NCBI RefSeq assembly: GCF_004010195.1
Contig: NC_057718.1
Location: 88,699,728 to 88,763,727, forward strand
Source of the DNA: Chiloscyllium plagiosum
Taxonomy: Eukaryota
Direction: 5' to 3'
Length of the DNA stretch: 64,000 nt
Shown here: positions 12,821 through 24,454 of the stretch, one piece after another
How positions within the stretch are numbered: the first letter of the stretch is position 1
How the letters are laid out: the number at the start of each line of letters is the position of its first letter
Notes under the pieces: generated by a model
What the model saw: only the letters and a program-made list of their open reading frames with translations
Database searches by the model: none
Told to the model about the DNA's origin: nothing
Made by a program: the position numbers and the translations under genes

Positions 12821-13299
12821 GTTGAGTGCATGAGAAAGCACCATCGCCTTGAAGCTTCAACCCGTGTTGATTTGAATGTTTTGCTCTCCTTTCAGTGTCA
12901 GAGTATACCCTTGGATTAAATGAATTTCAGAATTACAGATACAGAGATGTTGGATCGGAAAATAAATTGTATGAAACAAAATAACCTTTAGGAAAACTAA
13001 ATGTAGCATGAGAACTTCTTTTATTCAGTAAGATGGTGTTTCATTACAGATTGTGTTACAGTAAGGTCATTAACTCAAATCCAAGGAAATCTGACCACAA
13101 ATTGATAACCAGAGCTTCAAAATAGATGAGGCCCTCGGTAATCCAATTTGCCTACAAATGTGCTCTATGTCAAAAAAATTCTAAATGAAACTGCAGTATA
13201 TTTTTCAATTTTTTGCAACTTACAATGGCCTGATCTTGAAAAAGTCAAAGACAGTTGTTGGGTGTTGAGTCGTACTCCTGCTTTTTGTTGGCCTTGGTA

Positions 13300-14185
13300 A
13301 CCTGAGAGATCAGCTGCCTAATCTCTCCTGATTCATCGGTAGGAGCTTTGGTTGGTGCTGGGAGGAAAGAATATTAGCTTGACCCTCCAGTGTTGTCAAG
13401 GTGCAAAAGACAGTTATCTGGATGATGATGATAATCTTAATTCCATTAAAATAGTTTGACTTGTTTCTTGATATATACCTTAAAAATGCTGAGTGTCATT
13501 AAGACAGTTTTGCATGGCTGCTTTCTTGATATTTGTAAAGCAACATGGCTTCTTTTCCTTTCCTGTTCCAAGAAGAGGTAATGTTTTGGTGCTGTCCATA
13601 TTGGAGACACATCATAGCAGCGACACATAACTTGCTGCAGTTTCTAGCACTTAATCTTTAAACATCAAAGAGCAATCTGGCTTTACCTGCGTTAAAATTA
13701 TTCTTGGCACATACTTGTTCAGGCAGGAGTGAGACTATTTTGGAGCCAATCACCTGTCATTGTTGCCTAACTGCTCCACTCTTACTGCTTTTCCTGTGGA
13801 AGACAGTGCCATGCCTTGCTTTGAACTGGTCGAGCCATTCATTGCTACATGTGGACTTGTTATAGCCCAGTCTCTTGTTTGGCGAGATTCACTTTTCTTG
13901 CTGGATTGTGCTGGAGATGGGAATGTTTCCTGCCTGAGCTGTCTTGAACCACATTATCAGAACATATTCATCGTTGCAATAGACAGCCATTTCTCATTCT
14001 CCCCTTCTGGAGAGAATGCCCACTTGTCAAATTGCTCCAAGATGTCTGCCTTCTGTTTCAGAGTGGTTGACAGCTCAGTGCTTGAATCTTCCACTTAGCA
14101 AGATCAGTTTATAATTTTGCGTCACGTAATTCCACTTGCTTTATCTACTTCATTTTCTCTTTGCTAACACTTTAAACTTTCTCAT
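13300..14185 (-). mobile_element. Fossil Tigger/pogo-family DNA transposase (frameshifted)
   Basis: Stitching minus-strand frames gives LSTTLKQK, WFKTAQAGNIPIS, SNEWLDQFKARHG, FNAGKARLLF, SNMDSTKTLPLLGTGKEKKPCCF, DNC, VKLIFFPPST and PMNQ. These follow the order of the CENP-B HTH plus DDE_1 motifs of Tigger/pogo transposases. Confidence 0.8.
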
Positions 14186-16130
14186 AGGTCTAGCCAAATT
14201 TGCAGGCTTTGGAATGTCCTTTCACATAGAGGTCTTCATTTTAAATGATGGCTTGCCCAGAGCTGCATGAGGTCACACTCCAGTCTGGCCTAACTTCACT
14301 CTGGTTGGTTAGCATGGTGAGATATCAAGCTTGTCTAATCCGAAATGACCAGTTCAGAATTTTGTCTTTTCGCTGACATCATTCTATTGGCTTTGCTATT
14401 CTTCTTTAGGGAATGGCTGATGACTTCAATAGATCCAAACTTTTGGGTTGTCTGATTTGACTCATCATGATTTAACTGTAAGATATCTTGAATGCTGCTC
14501 CAGTTAATGGGGAATGCCATTCCAGGAAGATTGCAAACTGCTTAGGTGGATACAGTGGAACTTCAACAATGTTTACATTTCTAAAACTGCTCAGTTGAGG
14601 TATCATTAATTTTATATTTGAAGTTTGTAGGAGCTTCACACCATGCTTCTTCTGATCTTGAAATGCTCCAAGCCATTGTTTTTGTGGATTTTGTTCCTTT
14701 TTATACACCAATTAGAGCATTTTATAATGCAGTGCTACTTGATGGTATTCACACAGAGATGTTAGATATTGCATTAGCCTACAATGGGATTTGAAACTTA
14801 TCCACTGACATCAGTATCGGCTCAGACACTGCCTTCATCATAGGTAAGTATCACCATACCTAATTATTTCAACTGATATGCGTTTATTTATTAAAGTCAA
14901 AGGTTAATGATTGACATTTAGGAATATACAATAGTTAATTTTGTAACTTGTGATCCCCACCTTTGTGACTGTTATTTCTTTCCATTCTCATGTCTTGGCC
15001 AAACTCAACATGATTCTGTTTTGTACCACGTGATTCCTGGGCTAGGAGGTCAGGTTGTAGATCGATGAGAATGTATTTTTGAGATTCCTTCTCAGATAAC
15101 CCAGACACCCTTGAAATAGAAGCTACTGTATAATGCTAATGCTGATATTAGCTCTGAAATTATTAAAATCAAATTGCATTTTTTGAGAGCATATTAAAAT
15201 TGCAAACACGGCGTTGCTGCCAACTTTTAAAGTAACTTTCTCCTTTAAAGTAATGCGAGGAAATGACTAAAGGAAGGGAAACAATTATTTTCAAAGGAGA
15301 ACAGATCTGAAGGTTAAATTCTTGAAAAATGTTTATCATTAAGGGCAGTAGTGCTGACCTGGCTTACTGCATTTAGTTACTGAGAAAATGGATGACCTTT
15401 CAACTACTATCCTCTCTGGGGTTATGTTCCCACACTGTTGATCCAACCATCTGTCTTCAGCAAAATGGAGTTTAGTCAGCACTATGTGTTTTCTCATTTT
15501 TCTACATTGGCCATTTTACAAATGCAGATGTTTATTGGCAACCCTGTCCCAAATCTGTACTTTGAATAATTAGTCTTTTAGTGTGGATATAAAGAGGACA
15601 AAAATAAAAATCCTGCAAAATTTTATCAATCTCATCTTGAAAACTTAAAACCATTTCAGAAATACATTGCCATCACTTTCCAAACAAAAATCAGAGGCAT
15701 CTAGGCAATATTCTCCAACCATTGACTGTGTTAAACTTTACTCTAAATTTTAAGTAATCTTTCACTCTTGGAATTTTTACATGTGTTGTTAGTGTTGCCT
15801 TGAAAGTTCAAAAAGTGTAAGGTTTGGAAACCCATGATTTCACAAGGGTTCTTTTGCTCTGAGAAGTACTAATGAAACTTGCATTTTGGCTTCTGAATTA
15901 AAATCTTTTTCTTAGGTTTATGTGTAGCTATTGTGTCAATTTAGTACCACTTACTGGAAAGTATATTCAACATGAGAGAAAAAGCTCCAACAAATGCATG
16001 GACTACTTGTATTTATGTCATGCTCAAAAATAGGAAGATGTCCCAAAGCACAGAAATGTTACAAATTAAATTTTAAAACCCAACCACATGAAGTGATACA
16101 AAGTCAGATGACTTGGTTAAAGAGTTACAT

Positions 16131-16230
16131 TTTGGATGTAGTTTTGCTCGCTGAACTGGAAGGTTCATTTCCACACGTTTTGTCACCCTACTAGGTAACA
16201 TCTTCAGTGGGCCTCAGGCGAAGCACTGCT
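16131..16230 (-). mobile_element. Penelope-like family A terminal fragment with degenerate hammerhead
   Basis: Same sequence as the arms of 18751-19533. Minus strand reads CTGAAGA-TGTTACC...GGTGAC-AAAA (GAAA mutated). Confidence 0.75.
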
Positions 16231-16824
16231 GATTTTCGCTTTTCAAAAAATCTTAAAGGAAATGGTGATACAGAAATCAAGAGAGAGAATTATACAGTTT
16301 AAGATCTTATCTGAAAGCATAGACACTAATACTGCAGCAATTGAAATTAGGGATGTTCAAGAGACCAGAATTGGAGAGTATATGTCTTGGAGGCTTGCGT
16401 GGCTTTAGGATATTACATAGACAGGGAAGGGAAAAGTCAAGGAGGAACTTCAAATTAAGAATGAGAATTTTAATATCCAGATGTTTGTCAGTAAGACTCA
16501 GTATAAGTCAATGAGTATAATGGTAATGAGTAAGTTAGGACAGGGGTATCACAAATTTGGTTGACTTCAAGTTTCTGGAACATAGAAAATGGGAAGCCAG
16601 CTAAGAGTGTTTGGAATCATCAAGTCTAGAGGTAGCCACCAAAGATAACAAAATGTTTAAACTAATTAGCTCCATTTGATTTTGTTTCTTAAGTGAATTA
16701 TTTGATGAGATTTTATCTTTGTTAAAGTTAGAAGTGTCTTTGTAATGAATTTCAGCTAGAGTATAGTAATGTTCTTGTAGGCACACAAAGATCTTGCAGT
16801 ATCAGTGAAACAATTGAACAAATT

Positions 16825-17497
16825 GGGTGGCACGCTGGCTCAGTGGTTAGCACTGCTGCCTCACTCTGTCAGGGTTCAAGTTCAATTCCAGCCTTTGCTG
16901 TAGGAAGGATGTTATTAAATTAGAAACGGTACAGAAGAAAAATTACAAGGATGTTGCTGGGACTGGAGGGTTTGAGAGTTGTAAGAATAGGATGGAACTT
17001 TTGACCCTGGAGGCTGAGACATGACCTTATAGAGATTTATAAAATCATGAGGGACTTGGAGAAGATGACTAGCTAAGGTCTTTTTCTAAGGGGAGAGGGG
17101 TCCAAATCTAGAGGGTGTAGGTTTAAGGTTAAAAGGGAAAGATTTAAAGGGAGCTGAGGGACAATTTTCTTTCACATAGATGGTGGTGCGTTTATAGAAT
17201 GAGCTGCCAGAGGAAGTCATAAAGGCTGGTAAAACATTTAAAAGACGTTTGGATAGGTACATGAATAGGAAAGGTTTAGAGAGATATGGCCCAAATGAAG
17301 GCAAATAGGACTAGTTAAGTTTGGGATACCTGGTTTGCTTGTATGTGTTGGAATGAAGAGTCTGTTTCCATGCTGCATGACTCTATGACTATTTGTATCA
17401 AGTTTGCACATTCTCCCCATGTCAGCATGGGTTTCTGCCAGGTGCTCTGATCTCCTCCCACAGTCCAAAGATGTGTAAGTTAGGTGGATTGGCCATT
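16825..17497 (+). mobile_element. HE1-type SINE interrupted by a CR1 3' fragment (about 16898-17390)
   Basis: tRNA-like head gggtggcacgctggctcagtggttagcactgctgcctcac, then CR1 3' sequence, then the SINE resumes with agtttgcacattctcccc. Confidence 0.8.
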
Positions 17498-18457
17498 TCA
17501 CTCCATTCTGCTCTAATTATGTTTTCAGGGAATCATTTCTGCAATGTGCTTAGGCTGTGGCCCCGGAATTCAGATGAATGCAGAACATTAATAACATGGG
17601 ATAAGTAATTGTGTATCTACAATTGTTGAAAGAAAGAATTGCACTTATGTAGGGCTTCTGACTCCACCTTAGCATCTCAAAGTGTCTTATAGTAGGTAAA
17701 GTGATTTTTGAAGCCAATTTGTAAACAGCAAGGCCCTGCAAAAGACAAAATGAAAATTACCAGATAATATGTTTTAATCATGCTGGTTGATCAGGTTTCC
17801 CTTGCTCTTCAAATAATGTAAGGGGTTCTTTTACTTCCACAAGAGAGGGTAGATCGTAGAAGGTAGGTCAATGTTTAATCTGAAAGATTACTTTGCTTCA
17901 CATGTCTACTGCACCATTTTTCACACCAGTCATCCCATGGCTATTCGGAGTAGGTTCTCTATTATTGCTGAATTTGAGGCTGTTTAGTGAAGTTGGTTAA
18001 ATTTATTTTACAAAAGGTGCCCACATTCAGCAGGCAGAGAAAATTTCATACCTGTCAGGGTTGAACTTGAATGCTGGTTCCAGTGGTTTGTGTAATTTTA
18101 TACAGTATATAGTAAGTAGAAATCTACAATATCAAATTTGTTCCATGGTTTCATTTTTGCTACCCTTGCCAACCTTAACTTGAACATTGTAAGTGTTCTC
18201 TGCTGAACAGAAGCCTGGTTCAATTGGAACAAAATAGAATATTGATTTTATGCCATATTTGTGCTTTCCTGTTAGTTCAAGGTTTCTCCTGAAATGCCAA
18301 AAAGTAATATTTTAATTATTTAGGTGATCAGCCATTTATGTTAAAATTGTCCAAAGGAGTCCTCTGTGACCCTGACATTGTACTGAAAAATCTGTACTAA
18401 CCTCTTGCATCCCGTAGCCATATAATCCCACTGATGTACAATATTTTTCTGTTGTAG

Positions 18458-18563
18458 ATCATTTGCGTACATAACAGTTAGAGACAGACTGCCACGGATA
18501 CTCACCAAGGCTGTTGATTCAGTACATCGACACATGGATAGTTTTTTTAAGGAACATGGACAG
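18458..18563 (+). CDS. ARMT1: ARMT1 exon 2
   Basis: tttttctgttgtag|A TCA TTT...CAG|gtgagt. Encodes SFAYITVRDRLPRILTKAVDSVHRHMDSFFKEHGQ. Absent from the ORF track. Confidence 0.95.
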
Positions 18564-18750
18564 GTGAGTGGAGATTGACAATTATAAAATTGGAGATGTA
18601 AGTTTACTAACTTGTTCAAAAATGATGTTGGAGAGAGTGCATAAGAGTTTTAATAGAAATGTACATGGTGCAGACACAGTGAGCCGAATGACTTCCTATT
18701 GAGCTGTATGATTATATGATGACTTTTGAAATTAGAATGTTTTCAGATAA

Positions 18751-19533
18751 TGAGTTTTGAGAAGATTTGTGGCTCAGGTTGAGGTTCCAGATGTAGGTTT
18801 GCTCGCTGAGCTGGAGGTTCATTTCCAGACATTTCACAACCCTACCAGGCAACATCTTCAGTGGGCCTCAGGCAAAGCAGTGTACATGATTCCTGCTTTC
18901 TATTTATATGTTTGGGTTTCTTTGGGTTGGTGATGTTATTTCCTGTGGTGATGTCATTTCCTGTTCTATTTATCAGGGGGTGGTAGATGGGGTCTAAGTC
19001 GATATGTTTGTTGATAGAGTTCCGGTTGGAATGCCATGCTTCGAGGAATTCTCGTGTGTGTGTGTGTGTCTCTGTTTGGCTTGTCATGTATCCTGGTGGC
19101 TAGTTAGGCCTCTGGACAAACAGGCAGAAAACTAGCCACCAGGATACATGAACACCAACTAGCCACAAAACGACATGACCGTCTGTCACTAGTATCCTTA
19201 CATACAGATAAGGAAGGAAACCACTTCGACTGGGACCACATGTCCATCTTAGGACAAGCCAAACAAAGACACGCATGAGAATTCCTAGAAGCATGGCATT
19301 CTAACCGGAATTCTATCAACAAATGCATCGAGTTAGACTCCATCTACCACCACCTGAGGAAAAGGACAGAAAATGACATCACTGCAGGAAATAACATCAC
19401 CAACCCAAACATATAAATAGAAAGCAGGAATCATGTATACTGCTTCGCCTGAGGCCCACTGAAGATGTTACCTAGTAGGGTGATGAAATGCTTTGAAATA
19501 AACCTCCCAGCTCAGCGAGCAAACCTACCTCCA
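18751..19533. mobile_element. Penelope-like family A, inverted-repeat insertion with 12-bp TSD
   Basis: Arms are reverse complements. The centre encodes GQTGRKLATRIHEHQLATKRHD (GIY-YIG region). GTTTTCAGATAA occurs at 18739-18750 and 19534-19545. Confidence 0.85.
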
Positions 19534-20046
19534 GTTTTCAGATAAGCTTGGTAAATGTTGTTAAGTTTTGAGAGTGGGAATTAGTAATGCAGCTAACATG
19601 AATCAGTAAAACAGATGTAAACTTCAGTATTAAAATATTAAAGGGAGATATAGTTCTCAGCATTGTAAGACTAGAGGATTATTTTATTTCTGATCATTAA
19701 CTTTTAATTTGCTACTGTATCTGCTTGATTCTCTTTTGTTAAATTTGTCCTGCGAAGACTTGCATCAAAGATTTAGGTAGACTGGCGTTCTATTGTTTGG
19801 AAATCAGTTGGCGAGGGCTGGCTTCCCATACCCAACACGATTCTACAAATATCAAATTAAGATTACATAGTTTAAATGGCAGGCTACTTTCAGGCTAATT
19901 GAGCTTCCTCTGTATAATGTTTTGATTTTGTGATGAACCTGTCGTGAGGTAGGAGACAAAGTAAGAATACACAGTTCTTATTCTTTCTAGTGGAATGTGA
20001 CAAGATGCACAATGATGATCTGAAGTGCCTTAATAGTTCAATATAC

Positions 20047-20441
20047 TAGTGAGTTTTGAGAAGATTCTTAGCTCAGGTTGAGGTTCTGGATATAAGTGCT
20101 CACTGAGCTGGAAAGTTTGTTTTCAGTGGTTTTGTCACCATACTAGGTAACATCATTAGTGAGCCTCCGGTGAAGCACTGGTGTTAGTGACCCGTTTTCT
20201 ATTTAGGTGTTTAGGTTTCCTTGGGTCAGTGACATCATTTCCTGTGGTGATGTCGTTTCTCTACATAGAGATGAGGAAGGACACCATTTTGACTGGGATA
20301 ACACATCCATCCTAGGACAAGCCAAACAAAGACACACATGAGAATTCTTAGAAGCATGGCATTCCAACTGGAACTCTATCAATAAACACATTGATTTGAA
20401 CCCCATTTGCCACCTCCTGACAAGACAAACAGGAAATGACA
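20047..20441. mobile_element. Penelope-like family A, partial inverted copy
   Basis: Left arm tagtgagttttgagaag..., followed by an inverted internal segment matching 19200-19380. Confidence 0.8.
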
Positions 20442-20584
20442 TTTGCCCAAATGGGCAAAAAAGCTGTGCCTTTCTAAGGAAGTTCCTGAGTGGAATCTCT
20501 TCTTGGAGATGTTGACCTCCTTTTGCAGAATCACAGGGGTAATCTGAGTGTGTTGCCAACCCTCAGAAAATCTGGCCCACTGAC

Positions 20585-21740
20585 TTTATTTCAAGAGGGC
20601 TAGAATTCAAAGATGAGCAAGTGATGCTTCAATTACATAGACCCATGGTCAAGTTGCATCTGGAACATGGCAGTCAATTTTGAACATCTAACCTCAGAAA
20701 AGACATAATGGCCTTGAAAGTGGTATGATGCAAATTCACCAGAGTAAACACACAAAAATGTAAGAATATCCATCTCACTCAGCATTGAATATATTCAATG
20801 ATCCAGCCTCATTGCTCTCTGGGGAGAGAATCGCACAGACTAATATAGAGTAAGAAATTTTCCTTATTTGTCTTAAATGGGAGACCCCTAAGTTTTAAAT
20901 TGTGTGTCCAAGTTCTAGACTCCCCCACAAGAGAGACATCTTCTCAGGATCCACCCTATGAATCCCCTCAGGACCTTACAAGTTCCGATAAGATCACCTC
21001 TTATTCTAATATATTTTGGTGAGTATAGGCCTGATCTGCATAACCTTTGCTTCATTTCTCCCTTCATTCCCAGTTGAGTGAATCTTCTTTCAATTGTTTC
21101 TAATGCAACTATATCTTTTCTTAAGGAAGTAGACCAAAACTGTGCACACTTATGGACAGCATGGAAAAGGGTTAAGTATAAGGCCGCAAACTTTTTAAAG
21201 TAAAAGGCAGAAGGTTTAGTGGGATTTCAGGAAACATTTTTCACCCAGATGGTGGTGGAGGGTCTGGAATGCTCTACCTGGGAGAGTAGTTGAGCAGGAG
21301 GAGGGGCAGAGGGGAGTGGGGGGGTACTTTAAAAAAAACTTGGATGAATGCTTGAAGTGTCATAACATTGAAGGCTTTGGTAGTGGCAAGTGTGGTAAGT
21401 GGAACTGGTGTAGATAGTATAGACTTTTGGCAGTACAGACTTGATGGGCCGAAGGGCCATCTGTATGTTTCTATGACTCTGTACTCCAGATTCAGTTGCA
21501 TTAAAGCCCTTATAACTGTGGCAACACTTCCCTCCTTTCATACCTGATTTCCCTTTGCAAACAGGCCAATGTTCTATTTGCCTTCTGAACTTGATCGCAT
21601 GCTATCTCTTAATGATTCTGTAATAGGTACCTAGATTCCACTGCAATGCAGCATTATGTAGTCTCTTTCCATTTTAGGACTATTCTGCCTTTTTGTTCTT
21701 CCTATCGAAGTGGACAACTTCATGTTTTCTCACATACTCT
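20585..21740. mobile_element. Nested, decayed CR1 fragments on both strands
   Basis: CR1 3' motifs on the plus strand (21180-21480) sit within a minus-strand CR1 remnant. Confidence 0.6.
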
Positions 21741-23011
21741 ATTCACCAAATCTTTATCCTATAATACCAAACTTGATACCAAGTGTAAAATGTTAAATTC
21801 AGTTAATCGGTTGCATAAACCTACTTTATCTGGAATTTATCAAGTTCAGTGGTGAACTTACAAGGTTTTTTGAAATTATTAGGGGATTAGATAGAGTCAA
21901 CATAAACAAAATATTTCCTGTATTGCAGGAATCTCAAAAAAGGTTATTGTTTCAAACTTTTGGCTCTGCCATCTGGGGATAAAATGAGGTGCATTTTTTG
22001 TATACACAGGGTAGTGAAAATATAGAACTTGATTGTCCAAAATATTGCATATACTTGGTCAATTGAAATTGTAAAGACTGAAATTAATAGAGTTTTGTTA
22101 GGTTAATAGTGTAAGGAGAGAATGAAGGTAAATGCTCTTGTGATGTTGATATACCGCCCTCTAATAGTAGAATGGATTTGAGATCCTAATGTTATGTTTA
22201 TGAATGTTAGCCAACATATTCTGCAGTTCATCAAATAGGTCCATGGGACCTTTTAAATCTGTCTGACTAAGCATACAGGCTGTTAATGTTGGTTCATCGA
22301 TTACAAAGCCCCTCAGTACAGTGCTAAAGGGTCAGCCTACATTTGTTTTTCCTCAACTGTTGAAGTGGTGCTTGAACTTTCTAACTTTTAAGAGTGTTAG
22401 CGTGGAATCAAACTAATATTCTCAATAGATTAAAGAGATTTAGGTACAGATGTCTCTTTCCAGTCCTCTAATATAAAAAAAATCTCTGATCATAGGAGTA
22501 GACCGTTTGGCCTCTGGAATTACTCTGCCATGCAATAAAATTGTGGCTATCTGATTATGGCCTTGACTCCACTTTCCTGCCTGCTTCAGAGTTTTCAACT
22601 CCCTGTGCAATCAATAAAACAGAGCAATTAAATAAAATAATAAATGAGCAATAATGTAGCATTTAAAAATATAATTAGTTAGCTTAGCAAAGTGGAGCAA
22701 GGAGGCCATGGAGATTAGATTGGGATGCTTATTGATCAAAATTAACAGAGACAGTATATCAGTTTCCTACATTACCTTGTGATTCAATTGTAATGCATTA
22801 TCTAAAGCAATAATACCTAGATACTGTTGTAAGTTATCAGCTCATTTGTGTGTCAAATCATCAGGTTTTGTGAGAAATGGGAAAGATACGTACAAATTAT
22901 TTTAAAGTATTAAAATTGCTTATCAGAATGTTAGATTTGTGTCTTGTGATATGTTAATTTGTGATAATTTTGTCTTAAATGTACCTAAGATGATGCTGTG
23001 TATTTTTCTAG

Positions 23012-23253
23012 GAAGGAGTTGAGGCTGAAAAGAGAGCTATCTATCTCTTGGCTAAGTTACGAAATGAGGTGCAAACGGACAAGCCAGCACTACCACTTAC
23101 AGATGGATTACCTGATGTTGACTTGTGGAATGAATACCTGGAACAGCAACAAGCCAGACTGGATAAAGATGAACACCCCAGCTGGTTTAAATCACCCTGG
23201 TTGTACATGGAGTGTTATATGTACCGTAGGATTCAAGAATCACTACAACTCAA
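23012..23253 (+). CDS. ARMT1: ARMT1 exon 3
   Basis: tatttttctag|GAA...AA|gtgagt. Encodes EGVEAEKRAIYLLAKLRNEVQTDKP...WFKSPWLYMECYMYRRIQESLQL. Confidence 0.95.
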
Positions 23254-23478
23254 GTGAGTGAAGTGATATGTTAAAAGGACATTTAAACAACAGTGAATGG
23301 AAGTTGCATTTGAAGTATAGAAATTGCATTTTTATGATGTCTTTACAGTATACCTTTATATATTTATCAGTTTGTTCTGCTCTTTTAAAAATTTGCATAT
23401 CTAAACCTGAAGCTCCTCCAGACATTTTACCATTCCGAATGTGGACTTTGCTCCTAAATATTTCTCTTAACCAGATGT

Positions 23479-23791
23479 GGGCGGCACGGTTGCACAGTGG
23501 TTAGCACTGCTGCCTCACAGCGCCAGAGACCCGGGTTCAATTCCCGCCTCAGGCGACTGACTGTGTGGAGTTTGCACGTTCTCCCCGTGTCTGCATGGGT
23601 TTCCTCCGGGTGCTCCGGTTTCCTCTCACAGTCCAAAGATGTGCAGGTCAGGTGAATTGGCCATGCTAAATTGCCCGTAGTGTTCGGTAAGGGGTAAATG
23701 TAGGGGTATGGGTGGGTTGCGCTTCGGCGGGTCGGTGTGGACTTGTTGGGCCGAAGGGCCTGTTTTCACACTGTAATGTAATCTAATCTAA
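23479..23791 (+). mobile_element. HE1-type tRNA-derived V-SINE, full length
   Basis: A/B-box head (ggttgcacagtgg, gggttcaattccc), V-domain gtggagtttgcacgttctccccgtgtctgc, and a (taatc)n tail. Confidence 0.9.
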
Positions 23792-23886
23792 TTAGAGTTT
23801 TGTGCTATTTGTAAATTCTGAAATCGTGATCCCTTGTTTCCTTGCCTGAAGATAGAATAAATTGTCATACAAAAGCATTATTTTAT

Positions 23887-24087
23887 ATGTATGTAAGTTA
23901 GCTTGCTGAGCTGGAAGGTTTGTTTTCAGATGTTTCATCATCATAACTAGGTAACATCATCAGTGAGAGTCTCTGGTGATGCTACCTAGTCATAGTGACG
24001 AAGCGTCTGAAAACAAACCTTCTAGCTCAGTGAGCTAACTTACATACATATCATTAGCCTGAGCCACATATCTTCTCAAAAACTGCT
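23887..24087. mobile_element. Penelope-like family A mini-palindrome with 13-bp TSD
   Basis: Two inverted termini meet near 23968. AGCATTATTTTAT occurs at 23874-23886 and 24088-24100. Confidence 0.85.
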
Positions 24088-24288
24088 AGCATTATTTTAT
24101 CTCATTGTGAAGCACCTGAAAAGTTTTTCAATGTTAACATGTATGTAAATAACTGTAAGCTTTTATTTTTGTCTGAACAATTGTACAAGAGATCAACTAG
24201 AATCGGTGAGGTTAATTAGCAAGAAAGGTATGAACTTCAGACTGTAAAATCTATAACTTAATTTAATTTTATATTTTGTGCGTTGCAG

Positions 24289-24454
24289 TCCTCCCATGTG
24301 TGATTTTGATGTATTTAATGAAGCAAAGACCCAAAGTTTCGTCGGGTCACAGCAAGCTATCATTGCTCTCTGCACCTACTTTCTGGAAATTACTAAGAAA
24401 ATAGAAGGTTTTAAGGATACTCAACTCAAAGCTGAGCTTCTTCTACTCATGCAG
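24289..24454 (+). CDS. ARMT1: ARMT1 exon 4
   Basis: ttttgtgcgttgcag|T CCT CCC...CAG|gtaggt. Encodes PPMCDFDVFNEAKTQSFVGSQQAIIALCT...LLLMQ. Confidence 0.95.

Noticed and set aside
14335-14711. Two overlapping minus-strand ORFs next to the Tigger fossil
   Set aside because: No motif I can assign with confidence.
23479-23555. tRNA-like A and B boxes
   Set aside because: They are the head of an HE1-type SINE, not a tRNA gene.
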